A stretch of 63,982 bases of DNA, filler included, from Lenisia limosa (Eukaryota; Protista; Breviatea), in the NCBI GenBank assembly GCA_001655205.1. It is 15 parts of 15 records of this genome, joined end to end, with 100 filler letters (N's around TTAATTAATTAA, not from the genome) between each part and the next. Parts side by side here need not be neighbours in the genome. Positions count along the whole stretch, not along the records: positions 13,204 to 15,370 come from LPNZ01005672.1; positions 15,471 to 17,997 come from LPNZ01002629.1; positions 18,098 to 22,894 come from LPNZ01006285.1; positions 22,995 to 30,603 come from LPNZ01006193.1; 11 more parts are not named here. One strand, written 5' to 3'. Below, piece after piece: positions 13,219-24,744 of the stretch. The notes under the pieces were generated by a model. The model saw nothing but the letters and a program-made list of their open reading frames with translations, was not told where the DNA came from and did not search any database. Numbering within the stretch: position 1 is the stretch's first letter; each line of letters opens with the position of its first letter. The position numbers were made by a program, and so were the translations under genes.

Positions 13219-15226
13219 GGTTCTTCTCTCCTTGATATGGCTGGAACGTCTATGGCCACTCCCGTGACTTCAGGTGTTGTTGCTCTTGTTCGCGAGTACT
13301 TTGTCAAGGGTTACTATGGTGACGGCACTCAGTGGGTGGGTTATTACTATGGTGACGCTCAGTGGGTGGGTTTACTATGGTGACGGCACTCAGTGGGCGG
13401 GTTATTATATCTTGTGTTTTGTGTGTTTTTGTTATTTTGTTATTATGGATTGAAATCATGTCACTGGTAAATATTAGAGCTCCGGGCAATTAAGTATACT
13501 TTTTATTCTTGTTCATCGTAAATATTAATATGTTTTTAATATAAGTAATATATATTTACAATTTTTTTTTTTTTTTTTTTTTTNNNNNNNNNNNNNNNNN
13601 NNNNNNNNNNNNNNNNNNNNNNNNNNNNNNNNNNNNNNNNNNNNNNNNNNNNNNNNNNNNNNNNNNNNNNNNNNNNNNNNNNNNNNNNNNNNNNNNNNNN
13701 NNNNNNNNNNNNNNNNNNNNTTCTCTTTTTTCTGTTTCTACAGTTTTTTCAGTATTTTTTTCTTCATACTCCTTTTAATTAATATGTATACTAATATTAA
13801 ATTACTATGACTTTTTTTGCTTCAAGAAATTACATGAAAATTGTGATGTTACAATATATATCGATATGTATTATTAATTGCCCGGAGCTCTAGTAAATAT
13901 CACTCATAGGGGAGGGGAACTTGTTACTCTGACGGCACTCTGCGGGATATTAGTAGTAAATAGGGCTTTGTTAGTTTTGTTGTTATCAACCCTCTTGTGT
14001 TATCAGCCATAAGAGTTGATTTTGCCCCTTTTTTTTTCATATATTTTCCAACTTTACCCCCCCCCCCCAGNNNNNNNNNNNNNNNNNNNNNNNNNNNNNN
14101 NNNNNNNNNNNNNNNNNNNNNNNNNNNNNNNNNNNNNNNNNNNNNNNNNNNNNNNNNNNNNNNNNNNNNNNNNNNNNNNNNNNNNNNNNNNNNNNNNNNN
14201 NNNNNNNNNNNNNNNNNNNNNNNNNNNNNNNNNNNNNNNNNNTGTTTCATAATATTTCCCCATTTTACCCCCCAGGAGGAGGAACCAGCCCTGCCCATTG
14301 ACCAGTCTCCTCACAACAGCCACCAAGGCGCCGGCCTTATCAACCTGAGACGCTCCGTGCCTCTCGAGGGTGGGCGATGGGTTGGAAAAGAAAAAACAAA
14401 AACAAAAAAAGTAAGATGGGAGGGGTGTCAGATTTGAAGCACTACTTTTGTTTGGGTTTTTGTTTTTCTCCAATAACTCTCAAAATAGCCCTCCTCAAAT
14501 ACTGTCCTGGGTGTATTCTTGTGTCCAGTTTAACTGCAGGATCTAGGCGATCCTAGTTTCAATAGAGACTTGCTATAAACAAATGCTTATACTTTTTGTG
14601 TAACAACAAAAGAGTTGTTTTCGTGGAGGTTTTTTGTTTCTGTTTTTGTTTTTGTTTTTGCTTCAAGTTACCATTTTATAAATATTCTTATTGCACCCCC
14701 AGACGCCCGCGATCATGGTGCCTCTATGTACTTCACGGAAGTGTCTGTGGAGAACCGCATGACTTACTCCCCCATGACTTTCAAGGTGGGTGGCTTCGTT
14801 TCGGTCCGATAAAAGAATTTCGCGATAAATCTGGATAAATATGCAACAGCGTTAATTTTGGTTAACATGCCATTTTTACTCCTCTTGCTCTCCAGAAAGT
14901 CATCTATTTAGGCTGACAAGAACAGCCATATCCGTATTGCAGTCGTTTGGTCTGATCCACCTGCTATCCCCAACTCCGACAAGGTATGCTTTGACAAACC
15001 TTATGTCATTTATTGTCATTGGTTTGACATTTCCACTTTCAAGGTTAACTTTTGAGAAGTTGTGTTGTTTTGCCACGTTGTTTGATTTTGGGCTTTTGTG
15101 CATCTAGTATCTATTTTTTTAAAGAAATTATTTTTTTATATTTTTTTATTATTGTTTATTATTATTATTTTTTACTCCCCTCCACAGGTACTGATCAATG
15201 ACGTTGATGCTGCCGTCTTCTTCCAG
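13219..15226 (+). CDS. Subtilisin-like serine protease (S8, KP-43 type), partial
   Basis: Catalytic Ser motif MAGTSMATPVTSGVVALVREYFVKGYY, then HQGAGLINL and VLINDVDAAV exons. Confidence 0.9.
13310..13405 (+). repeat. About 30-bp tandem triplication spanning an exon end and donor site
   Basis: TTACTATGGTGACGGCACTCAGTGGGTGGG x3 with small indels. Confidence 0.9.
13475..13892. mobile_element. Non-autonomous hAT-type element in a subtilisin intron
   Basis: Perfect 19-bp TIR TAGAGCTCCGGGCAATTAA and perfect 8-bp TSD GTAAATAT (13467-13474 and 13893-13900). The interior contains a gap. Confidence 0.93.
13975..14070 (+). repeat. Repeat family R4 ending in CCCCAG
   Basis: TTGTTATCAACCCTCTTGTGTTATCAGCCATAAGAGTTGATTTTG..TTCATATATTTTCCAACTTTACCCCCCCCCCCCAG. 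Confidence 0.75.
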
Positions 15227-16166
15227 GTATGTTTTGCTCGGAGTAAACCAAAGACGTTTGTTTGATTTATTTTGCTCGGGTTTTATTCATTTGTCTAAAA
15301 ACAGTATTGAATTCGTACCTCGTCACTATTCTTCATCGAAATTTCCTTCGTTTTATCCCCCCCCCCCCCTNNNNNNNNNNNNNNNNNNNNNNNNNNNNNN
15401 NNNNNNNNNNNNNNTTAATTAATTAANNNNNNNNNNNNNNNNNNNNNNNNNNNNNNNNNNNNNNNNNNNNCCCCCCCCCCCCCACTTGTCGGCAACCAGG
15501 GAATGAAGGGACGAACATAACGATCGGAGTTCAGAGGGAGCCCTGTCCAGACAACTGGTAATCGACTCTATCATGGCCTCGCAGACCTACAGAGTTGTGA
15601 CGGGCATAGAGTTTTGAAGTTGTATTAAGGAAATGGAGTTGTTGGTACAGAAATACAAACATGAGGTTTTGATATGCAGATTTTAGGCAGTATTACGGAA
15701 ATTCTGAAAACAGTGGTATGTCAAGAGTAGGAAGAAGAAGAAAACAACAAGAAGAAGACGAAGAAAAAATAACAAAAACAAAAAGGAACCAAAACAAAAA
15801 TAAAAGAATCAGAAGCCCCCCCACCGTTTCTACAACATGAACATTTTCTTTGGCTTTCTCGGGGGTTGTTCTTGTGGGATTTACTTCGGCGTTGGCAAGG
15901 GAAATGTTTTCCAAACTCTGAGCAAATTTATAGGGTGGAGAGGGAAGAAATGTAACAAAGCGGGCAAAAACAAAGGGGAGAAGGGGGGACGAATTAGACA
16001 ATTTATGAAACAAAACAAAGTTCAGAATCAACTCTGTTGGCTAAATAGGGAGGGTAGCGCTTGGGGATTTGTGGATTGTCATTTTTATATTGGCCCCAGT
16101 CCCAACCTCCTGAATACTCAAGCGTTTGACTTGTACTAAGTCATCTGACTCAGAGAGGCGAACTGG

Positions 16167-16230
16167 CTGCGGGGGAGTAAAAATAGAAAATTTATGAAAA
16201 AAAGAAAAAAAAAAAGCCCCAAATCAACAA
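16167..16230 (-). repeat. Repeat family R4 ending in a putative acceptor
   Basis: Reverse complement reads GTTGATTTGGGGC..TTCATAAATTTTCTATTTTTACTCCCCCGCAG, followed by a mini-exon PVRLSESDDLVQVKRLSIQE|gttggg. Confidence 0.65.
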
Positions 16231-16539
16231 GTACAATTAGAAAATTTACGAATTATTATTATTATTATTATAAATAATAATAATAATCATAATAATAAAC
16301 CCCAAAATCAACTCTGTTAGCTGACAACACAGTAAAGATTGAAAATATGAAACAAAAAACAGTTTTTAATGCAGCAACTATTTTATTCCACTGGTTATTA
16401 AGGTTCTGCAACTGATAACGTGTTGTTAGTTCAAAACAATGATTATTATGAAAACTTGTAATCAGTCCTATTGAAACTATCACTTCCTTTCTTATTCGAC
16501 TATGATAGTGTAAGGTTATTGAGGTCGGTATATTGAAAG

Positions 16540-16963
16540 CCAGGATTGCAGTGTCAGGAGGACAACCATGTTGGACGATTGTGTAGAGGGTTAGAACCCA
16601 TAACACCTACCCTTAAGAGAAATTATTATTCAAATTTTTTGTTAAATTTCAATGAACTGAAATAGTCTCAACATTTTACGATATTAAATTGTGTGATTAT
16701 GTAATATGTTGCTGCTATCATTGTTTCCATCCCTCTTTACCTGAAATAAAACTATCATTAAACACACTGCTTATGAAAAAAAAAAAAAAATGAAAGTCAC
16801 TACTAATTAGATTTTTATTTTGAGTTGATAGAGCCTCTTTTCTAAAATTTGAGCCCCTCTGATAAATTAGAAAATAGGGCTCCAGTTGGGGGTGTCGTAG
16901 TATTCTAGGAATCTAGACACAGCATTCGTCCAATATGGTTGTCCTCCTGACACTGCATTCTGG
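16540..16963. mobile_element. About 420-bp foldback/MITE-like element (family M4)
   Basis: About 40-bp near-identical inverted arms (GCAGTGTCAGGAGGACAACCATRTTGGACGA). The left arm and interior (CTGAAATAAAACTATCATTAAACACACT) recur degenerately at about 50808-51110. Confidence 0.75.
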
Positions 16964-17500
16964 TTCTTACAATTTGTTTTTCTTAGTCCATATTGTTAAG
17001 TAGTATCTATGAAAGCCCCTGAGAGCTTGAGAACTCAGCCAACCTAATAAGACTATGATAGCAATCTGATGCTCATGTGGAAAAAAAAAAAAAGGCAAAT
17101 AACTCTGTTGGCTGACAACACACGGGGTTGATAACAACANNNNNNNNNNNNNNNNNNNNNNNNNNNNNNNNNNNNNNNNNNNNNNNNNNNNNNNNNNNNN
17201 NNNNNNNNNNNNNNNNTACATTTCTTCAATGGGGAAATCCATAACCCCGCGCACCTTCATTATTCGAGTAGCTCTTCTTGGCCTGCAACGCTCCATCAAG
17301 GGAGCTGAAAGGGGTGAGGGGGGGAGGAAAAGGTGTATCACACACAAGGAGTAAAAAAAAATAATAAAAAAAAATAAATAGAAAACACAAGAAAGGGGTG
17401 TGATGATATCTTATGTCCGGTCGTATAATAATTGACCGACAAGTCTTAATGACACTCTGATACACTCCGGGTGAATCTTCGTGTTATTTTCTAACCCATG

Positions 17501-17600
17501 CAGGTCTTCACTTCGGATAAAAAAGACTGCAATATCGATAGTTTTCGAGGATTTATCGAGAAATTCAGTCTTTTATTTGGGACCGTAGGGAATCCCCCTA
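17501..17600. mobile_element. hAT-type MITE family M1 copy
   Basis: CAGGTCTTCACTTCGG..AATATCGATAGTTTTCGAGGATTTATCGAGAAATTCAGTCTTTT..CCCTA. TSD not recognisable. Confidence 0.8.
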
Positions 17601-19743
17601 GTTGTCCGATTTTCACCCACTTCAGACTCGCAACCTGATCATTTCTCGATACGTATTACTGAATGTTTTTTTTATAAAAACATTTTTATTTCTCTCAAGC
17701 CCACTTAGGACGGGAAGAAGACAGGCTTCGAGGAAAGACTTTGCGTTTTGCCTGTTGGGGTAAAGGGTTTGTCAAAGAAAAGGGGAGGAAAGGGGAAAGG
17801 GAAGCAGGTGTTTGTCAAAGTAAGGGTGTTGCACAAACATACCAACATCACACATACACCCTTCCATTTTACATTTGCAACATGTACATATGTTCCCGCT
17901 CTCTCACGCTCTCTCACTTAGCCCAGGCAATCATGAACAAATACTAATACTAATACTAATAATAAAAATATATAGCAATGGGAAATAAAAAATAAAGNNN
18001 NNNNNNNNNNNNNNNNNNNNNNNNNNNNNNNNNNNNNNNNNTTAATTAATTAANNNNNNNNNNNNNNNNNNNNNNNNNNNNNNNNNNNNNNNNNNNNTTT
18101 GGGAAAATGAAAGAAAAAAGGGGGAGGGGTATTATTCATAAATAATACAGACATTACATAGTATCCAATAATGATACTAATGTCTTTGATTTTCACCAGA
18201 GTTTCTTTTTCATATTTCGTGTATGTGGGAAGAACAGTGTCCTCACGGCGCAAACTGGAAAGAGGTTAAACTTGAGATAATCCCTACTGTCTAGATTCAA
18301 ATGACTCCAAGCGGCAATTTTATAATTTAGTTTCTCATGAAACATTCCAGTAAATGTCTAAATAGTCAAACTGTAAAAAGGAGTGAACAACCTTACCGAA
18401 TACGGGTCTTTCAAAGGTTGAGTTGGGCCAACAGCTTGAGCGCTGAAAGGGATTTCAGGTTTTACAACAGGCTTGCTTGACCGGTAGTTGTAACGCGTTT
18501 AATCGGACGTTGGTACTTCTAAAACAATTTATCCCATATCATTGAAAACGCCTTTTTTGTGGTGAAATCGATAAAACTAACCTTCAGCATTAGCAAACTC
18601 GAGGAAGAACGGCTCCTCAAGGATAGCCTGCTCCAGCCTCAATGAGGTAGGCGTCTCTGACGATGATGTGGTTAGCATCAACGTCAGTAACACCTTCCTC
18701 AACCAAAGAGGCTGGTTGTTGGTGCAAAACTGCCCTAACATCGAGACGGGGGTAAATCATCTCCATTTTGGTTCAATTTTAGGTACTTATCACTTATTAA
18801 CTCTTATTATAGATTCATTGCTCTTGGAACTAATTTCAGGAGATGGAACCACCACCTTAATATGTGGGAGTTTAGGCGCCTAAACGAACGCTTTTTTGTG
18901 TCTGATGACATTGTCTCCGCATCTTGAGGTGATGTCTTCCACCTCCACAGCGACACAGTGTCCTTTGCGTCATCCTTGCGTTCCATGGTAATATGGGCAA
19001 TAATCTTGTCCTTGTGGAACATGAATGTGGTCGCGTCAAGGCTGTCCATGGACTAAAACAGTTGATTGTATATGAATAAAACACGAGGTTTTGAAACAAT
19101 GAATACAAATTCAGATCTACAAGAAGAAGAGTTGATGAAAACAAAATTATTCAAATAAGCAATAGCTTTCTATATATTCTCATAAAAGACCAAAAAAACA
19201 TCCTACAATACCTTAGAGTAGTGAGCGTCAGTTGCTGAACATGATTTTGGGACCTTCGAATTGGTAAATCTCTTAACGAGTTGTATCTCGTTTTACTTCT
19301 AAGATAGTAAACCTCCACGACACCATATTACTAATAGGCTTGAACACATATATTGGTGGCAGCGGGAAGTATCTCAGTCTTGATGATACGATGCATTGAA
19401 CAAAATGGATATGGAAAACGTTTGTAACAAAATACCCGTGATCATCATTTTCTTCACAAGAACACAGGAAAAAGTGTGAAAAAGATGGCATCTTAAAAAC
19501 CTTTTCATTGTACTCCTATTTTTTACGATCATGTTAATCTTGTTAATCAATTAAAATATTGAAAATATAGCCAAATGTTTCATTTGATGCAATGTATTAT
19601 TTGAGAATTATAGTGCTTCAAATACTTAAAGTTATATTGAGCTATCATTATCCAAAGAAAGCTAAGAACACACTCTTTTGGAAACGAGTACTTTTGGTTA
19701 ATGGAAAAAAATATATTTGATACGTGCTGAATTTATTTATTAG

Positions 19744-20313
19744 GTGAGCGATAGAGTTCGAGCTGAATTGGAAGCTCAGTCAGCGGTCAGGTCAACACGT
19801 GAGTTTTTTGCTAATATGAGTCATGAAATACGTACACCATTAAATGGTTAGCCTTCTTTTAGTTAAACCTAGGTGTCATTGGAATGACATCACTTCTTGC
19901 CGAAACTCCCCTTGAAGACAAACAGGTATTTGTTGATGATTTTTTTTACCTCCAGAGCCACCTGTTGTCAGTAATTAGATCTTCTGGAGAGGCTCTTCTT
20001 GGGATTATTAATGGTTTGAAGAGCTGTAGCTCCTGATGTTCATTTTGTAATATTGTTTCTCAAGCTAATAAATCAGATATTTTGGATATGTCAGCAATCC
20101 AAGCTGGGAAAGCTGGGAGATTAGAAGAGGCCGCATTTGAACTGAGGGAGTTTTTTTTTTTATTATTATTTGTACTGTTGATGCGGTTATCAAAATCTTA
20201 GCTCAAAAAGCTCAAGACAAGGACATCCAGCTGATTTGTAAATTTAATCCTTTAGTAAATACCCAAGACGTTGTGGGAGATTCTGTGAGAATAAGGCAAA
20301 TTGTAATGAATTT
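19744..20313 (+). CDS. Hybrid-type histidine kinase, HisKA and start of HATPase_c, partial
   Basis: Spliced [72 protein letters not shown]: H-box and start of N-box. Confidence 0.92.
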
Positions 20314-21039
20314 GGTGGGGTTTTTGTTATTATCCCACTTTTCAAATTTATAATAATGAGATGTTTTCCCATCCAATAATTTTTTGAGGGGGTGCCTCTT
20401 TATTTTAGTTTCATCTTTTCTTTAAAACTAACAGAATAAAACTCAATCCCCCCCCCCCCTNNNNNNNNNNNNNNNNNNNNNNNNNNNNNNNNNNNNNNNN
20501 NNNNNNNNNNNNNNNNNNNNNNNNNNNNNNNNNNNNNNNNNNNNNNNNNNNNNGCCATGATAGAAACTGTTTTGATAAAGGACAGAATTATTGACAAATG
20601 CCGATTTGATGACTTGCCGAGCAAATACTGTTAATAACTAAACTAAGAATTTTTCACCTACAAGCGAAAACACATGTCGCTTGCATAAAAAAGCCGTCAA
20701 GAAAAAGACATAAACCTTACCAAAGAGCCAACCCTGCCTCATATCTATGACCGTCGGTACGTATATACTACATGTAGTATATCCTTATGAGGACCAAGGG
20801 GGTGGACCATCCGGGGTTCCAGTATTCATTTCATTTCGAAAAAAAAGTTATATTTTGTTATTAATGAGAATTATATAGTTCATATGATCTTGTTTACCAT
20901 TTACTTAGTATTTTCAAAAAATTGTGTTTTAGATCACGAGATCAGTGATATGACATGAGTCCCTTTCACCAAAAAAATTATCCTTTGTTTTTCTTTTTTT
21001 TTCCCCTTTTTTTTCCCCTTTTTTTTTTGTCTTTCTTTT

Positions 21040-22365
21040 TTGTCTTTTCCAATAAAAGTTGCCCAAGTGTTTTTCTGGTATGAAACGATAAAAACTCATA
21101 TCAAGACGGACAAAGGAAAACACCACAACCCTCACAGAACAGATTGGTGCGGATTTTCTTGGTGGCCAACTTTCCGGAACTGCAGTGGCCACAACGGTGA
21201 CGGGCGTTTCCGGTGAGGAGAGGCTTGGGGAAGTGCTTAGCGACATCAAGATCACGAATTGAAAGGGGTTGATGGAGTACTGCTGTCTGGGAGGGCAGTG
21301 AATAAATACGATCAAGTAATTGAATCAAAAGACAAATTCACAGTTTCGTAACAATTTTAGAAGTCATAAATTTTAGTAGTTGTTCATTTGACCCTAAAAA
21401 GACCGATAAAATACCGACAATTATCGATAGTTTATCGGGGCGTTGCTTGAGTCAAAGTAATACTATTTCAAATGAAATNNNNNNNNNNTAAAAAAAAAAT
21501 AATAATAATAATTTTATCAAAATGATTTGAAATTTATCACACTATTTTAGCATCAGTAACCAATTCTTACCTTCATGGGTGAGGGGATACGGCTGTTGGT
21601 GGTTGAGAAGGGGGACATGTCGACAAGGGCCTCGGTAACGCGCATGTGGAAGCTCTTGCGGTCAATAGATGGGCGTCCGGCAGAGGAGAGAAAGTCAGAG
21701 TACGCAATGTGAGCATTGATCATGGACTGGTCAATTAGATAGTGCACAATGCACATCTGCCAGCCGTGTTTGGCGGTGTGAGGTGGTGCTAAATAGTCAA
21801 TATTGTCGATTAAAGAGTAAAAAGTAAAATTTTCATTTGTATTTAAACACAACTCCCCCCTTCCAAAGAGCGGAGAGCATCGGTGATATCAACGTACACC
21901 ATGATGAGGTTGTACCAATGCACAACAGCGGGACAGGAAACGGTCTAAAACAATGAAATATGAACCAAGCCATAATCATAGAAATGTTCAATTACATCCC
22001 TCATACAACTCGGTCATGGCAGCCTGGCTCACGACGTTTGACAAATAACCAAGCGTAACTCCAAAAAAGAATCCCCCACCCCCCACGAATACAAATAAAA
22101 ATACATTTAACCAACCTTGAACGTGACGTACTTCGATTTCTTAGCAATCATCTGCTCATCAATGGTAAGATGGTATGGGGGTAGTACGCATCGCGCCAGG
22201 CGGCAGTGACGGCGGTGAGGAAGGGACGGATCTTGGTTATGGGATCGTCGACAGACATCTCGGACCTGGCAGCGAAATAGAGAACACGGTTGATCTCAAA
22301 GAATCGAGTCCGCGAGAAGATGGATGACATAGGTTGCTCAGTTGTCCTGGGACAAAGACCAAGGG
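21040..22365 (-). pseudogene. Decayed piggyBac-type (PGBD) transposase with spliceosomal intron(s)
   Basis: Motifs MSSIFSRTRFF..KIRPF, TIDEQMI (after a frameshift near 22175), CPAVVHWYNLIMVYVDITD, W..IVHYLIDQSMINAHIAY, and C-terminal CGHC..CEGCGVFLC followed by TGA at 21101-21103. The middle catalytic region is missing. Confidence 0.8.
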
Positions 22366-22994
22366 CCTCCTAGTCAAACTAAAATGGTGAATCAAATAAA
22401 TCCAAAATAGAAAAAAAAAAAATGAAAAGGGGGGGATATTTCCAAACATACAGTCAGCTATTTTGCTTTCTTGGCCTCACGATCAGCAGCTCGCTTGGCT
22501 TGGCGCTTGTTTTTGTCAGCCTTGCTCTTGGTGAGGGCCTTCACCCCCCCCTTCTTGACGGCAGTCAAATGGTTAATAATTGCACCATTTGCTGTGTTAA
22601 TTGTTGTGGCCCGCACAGGCGTAACCTTGACCTCGGTTTTTTTGCAAATGACCTATAGCAGTCAAATATGAAGACTCTAAAGTGGGGAACATCCAACAAA
22701 AGTTGCAAAAAAAATGCAAAAAAAAATGCTCCAACTAACCTCTCCATGTTTCAGAATAGCGATCCTGTTGCCTGTCGGGACGTGAACAACAGATAACGGT
22801 TTTGAAACTCTCCACAATAGCACCTTGAAGTACGGCGGACTGCACGGCATTGACAATGGTGTCAGAGTGAGTGTTCCTGTTCTCTTCATTTGCCNNNNNN
22901 NNNNNNNNNNNNNNNNNNNNNNNNNNNNNNNNNNNNNNTTAATTAATTAANNNNNNNNNNNNNNNNNNNNNNNNNNNNNNNNNNNNNNNNNNNN

Positions 22995-23760
22995 GTTCGT
23001 CGTCTGTTGTACCAATGCAGCCGTATCCTGCTCAAGCACAGTAGGGTCGGTCGCCATGGCCGCTGGAACCGGGGTCTCATACACGTTCTCCTCCAGTTCC
23101 TCCTCTTCCGACTCCTCTTCCGACTCCTCCTCTTCCGATTCGACGACAGGTTCCGGTGCGGGCTTGGGCGTTGGCTTTGGCTGGGTCTTCGGGGTGAGTA
23201 CCTTCATTTTGCTTTCCTGCTTCGGAGCGGGACCGTCAATGGTGAGGGAAATGGCCTTGATGTCTTCCTCCGTGAGAGTTTCGGAATACTCTGGTTCACG
23301 CGTGGTTTCAATGATGTGCTTTGTCTTGTCGCGGCTCCATTGTGACTTCTGCTTTATGATTGTAGGTCACGGAGAAAGAAAGGTACGTCAAAGCATGAGG
23401 AAAGGCAATGAAGACGTATGTGGAAATGATTATATACGATATAAAAAAAAAGGCAAGGGTAGTACGTCCGCAAAAGGATATCGTTCAACTATCAAGTTCG
23501 ATAAAATCAGATAAGCGCGATTGTACACATGGTATAATTGTGTTATGTTATCCGGCAATACTTCTGAGTGACTTTTTTTTTTACTTTTTATTGAGTTTAT
23601 TTTGTCCCATTATTTAATTCTTTTTCATACACTCCGAAAAAGGCAAGCCCAACGCCCACCAGTTGTGTCTCGGCCGGCTTGTTCGTAGGTAGCTTCTTGA
23701 TCGATCCGGCCGGCTTCTTGGCGCCTCTTCCGCCCCATCCTCCGGAAGCGGTGGTGATAN
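22995..23760 (-). CDS. Partial gene with an acidic E/S-rich exon, unknown function
   Basis: Open GC-richer exon ..KTQPKPTPKPAPEPVVESEEEESEEESEEEELEE.., truncated by the spacer. Confidence 0.45.
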
Positions 23761-24096
23761 NNNNNNNNNNNNNNNNNNNNNNNNNNNNNNNNNNNNNNNN
23801 NNNNNNNNNNNNNNNNNNNNNNNNNNNNNNNNNNNNNNNNNNNNNNNNNNNNNNNNNNNNNNNNNNNNNNNNNNNNNNNNNNNNNNNNNNNNNNNNNNNN
23901 NNNNNNNNNNNNNNNNNNNNNNNNAAACCCTGTTGGCTTAAATATTTGAGACACACGCAAGGGTTTGAGTTAAAAGGAATACCACTCCAAAAATATCAAT
24001 TATATATTATCACATGATGGCAAAATTTTATACAATTGCGAAACAAGTGAAAAAAGAGACCCAACCAGACACATAACTAGGAATAAACATGGTACA

Positions 24097-24177
24097 TAGT
24101 GCTTCACTTCAGTTCGAAAAAACGCGGGAAAATATCGATAGAAATTCAGTCTTTTTTTGAACCGAAGTGAAGCCCTA
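24097..24177. mobile_element. hAT-type MITE family M1 copy
   Basis: TAGTGCTTCACTTC..GAAGTGAAGCCCTA. TSD ATGGTACA/ATGGTACC (7/8). Confidence 0.9.
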
Positions 24178-24501
24178 ATGGTACCAAAGAGAAGCCTTCC
24201 CAAAACCAACCTTCGCAGGGGCATCCGGTGTGGGCTTGGCCGGCACGGGACTGTTGTTTGCTTGGTCAACCTTATAGACTCTGAAGATATAAGGTGGGAT
24301 ACTTATGTTGACATCTTTGATCCAAAAACGGCATTTTTCTCTCGAAAAGTCCTCGATAAATTGATGTCAGTGTGCTAGTAGTAGTAAAAAAAAAGTAGAA
24401 GATTTGGCAAGTTGGAAATATAATGTAGAATTTTTCAATAGCCATATTAAACAGTTTCATATTTTAAGAGAAACTCAGAGTCTGAATTTATGGCAGTGCT
24501 G

Positions 24502-24605
24502 AACAATGAATATGAATGAAGCTGTCTCAAAAACCAAAATAAGTGGAGCAACACTCAACAATGAATATGAATGAAGCTGTCTCAAAAATAAAAATAAGTG
24601 GAGCA
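24502..24605. repeat. 55-bp tandem duplication
   Basis: AACAATGAATATGAATGAAGCTGTCTCAAAAA..AAATAAGTGGAGCAA at 24502 and 24557. Confidence 0.9.
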
Positions 24606-24744
24606 AAATGAGAAAATACTTTAAGGGGAATTCCTCAGCTTTACTTCAAAAAAAAAAGAGTGACAACGCTTAGAGAGTGTAATAAAAGAAATAGTTTGCT
24701 GAGGAAAACCAGAACTGGAAGTGGAAGAGAGACAAACACCAACC

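Noticed and set aside
21101-21103. TGA at a conserved Cys position as evidence of Sec/Cys recoding or a variant genetic code
   Set aside because: It is a single case in a gene that also has a frameshift and an internal deletion. Simple decay explains it, and no in-frame TGA was needed in the well-supported genes.
20930-23760. Linking the piggyBac relic to neighbouring ORFs or to the MITE families as their mobiliser
   Set aside because: A spacer lies at 22895-22994. The MITE TSDs (8 bp, TA) do not match piggyBac's TTAA, and the relic is inactive.
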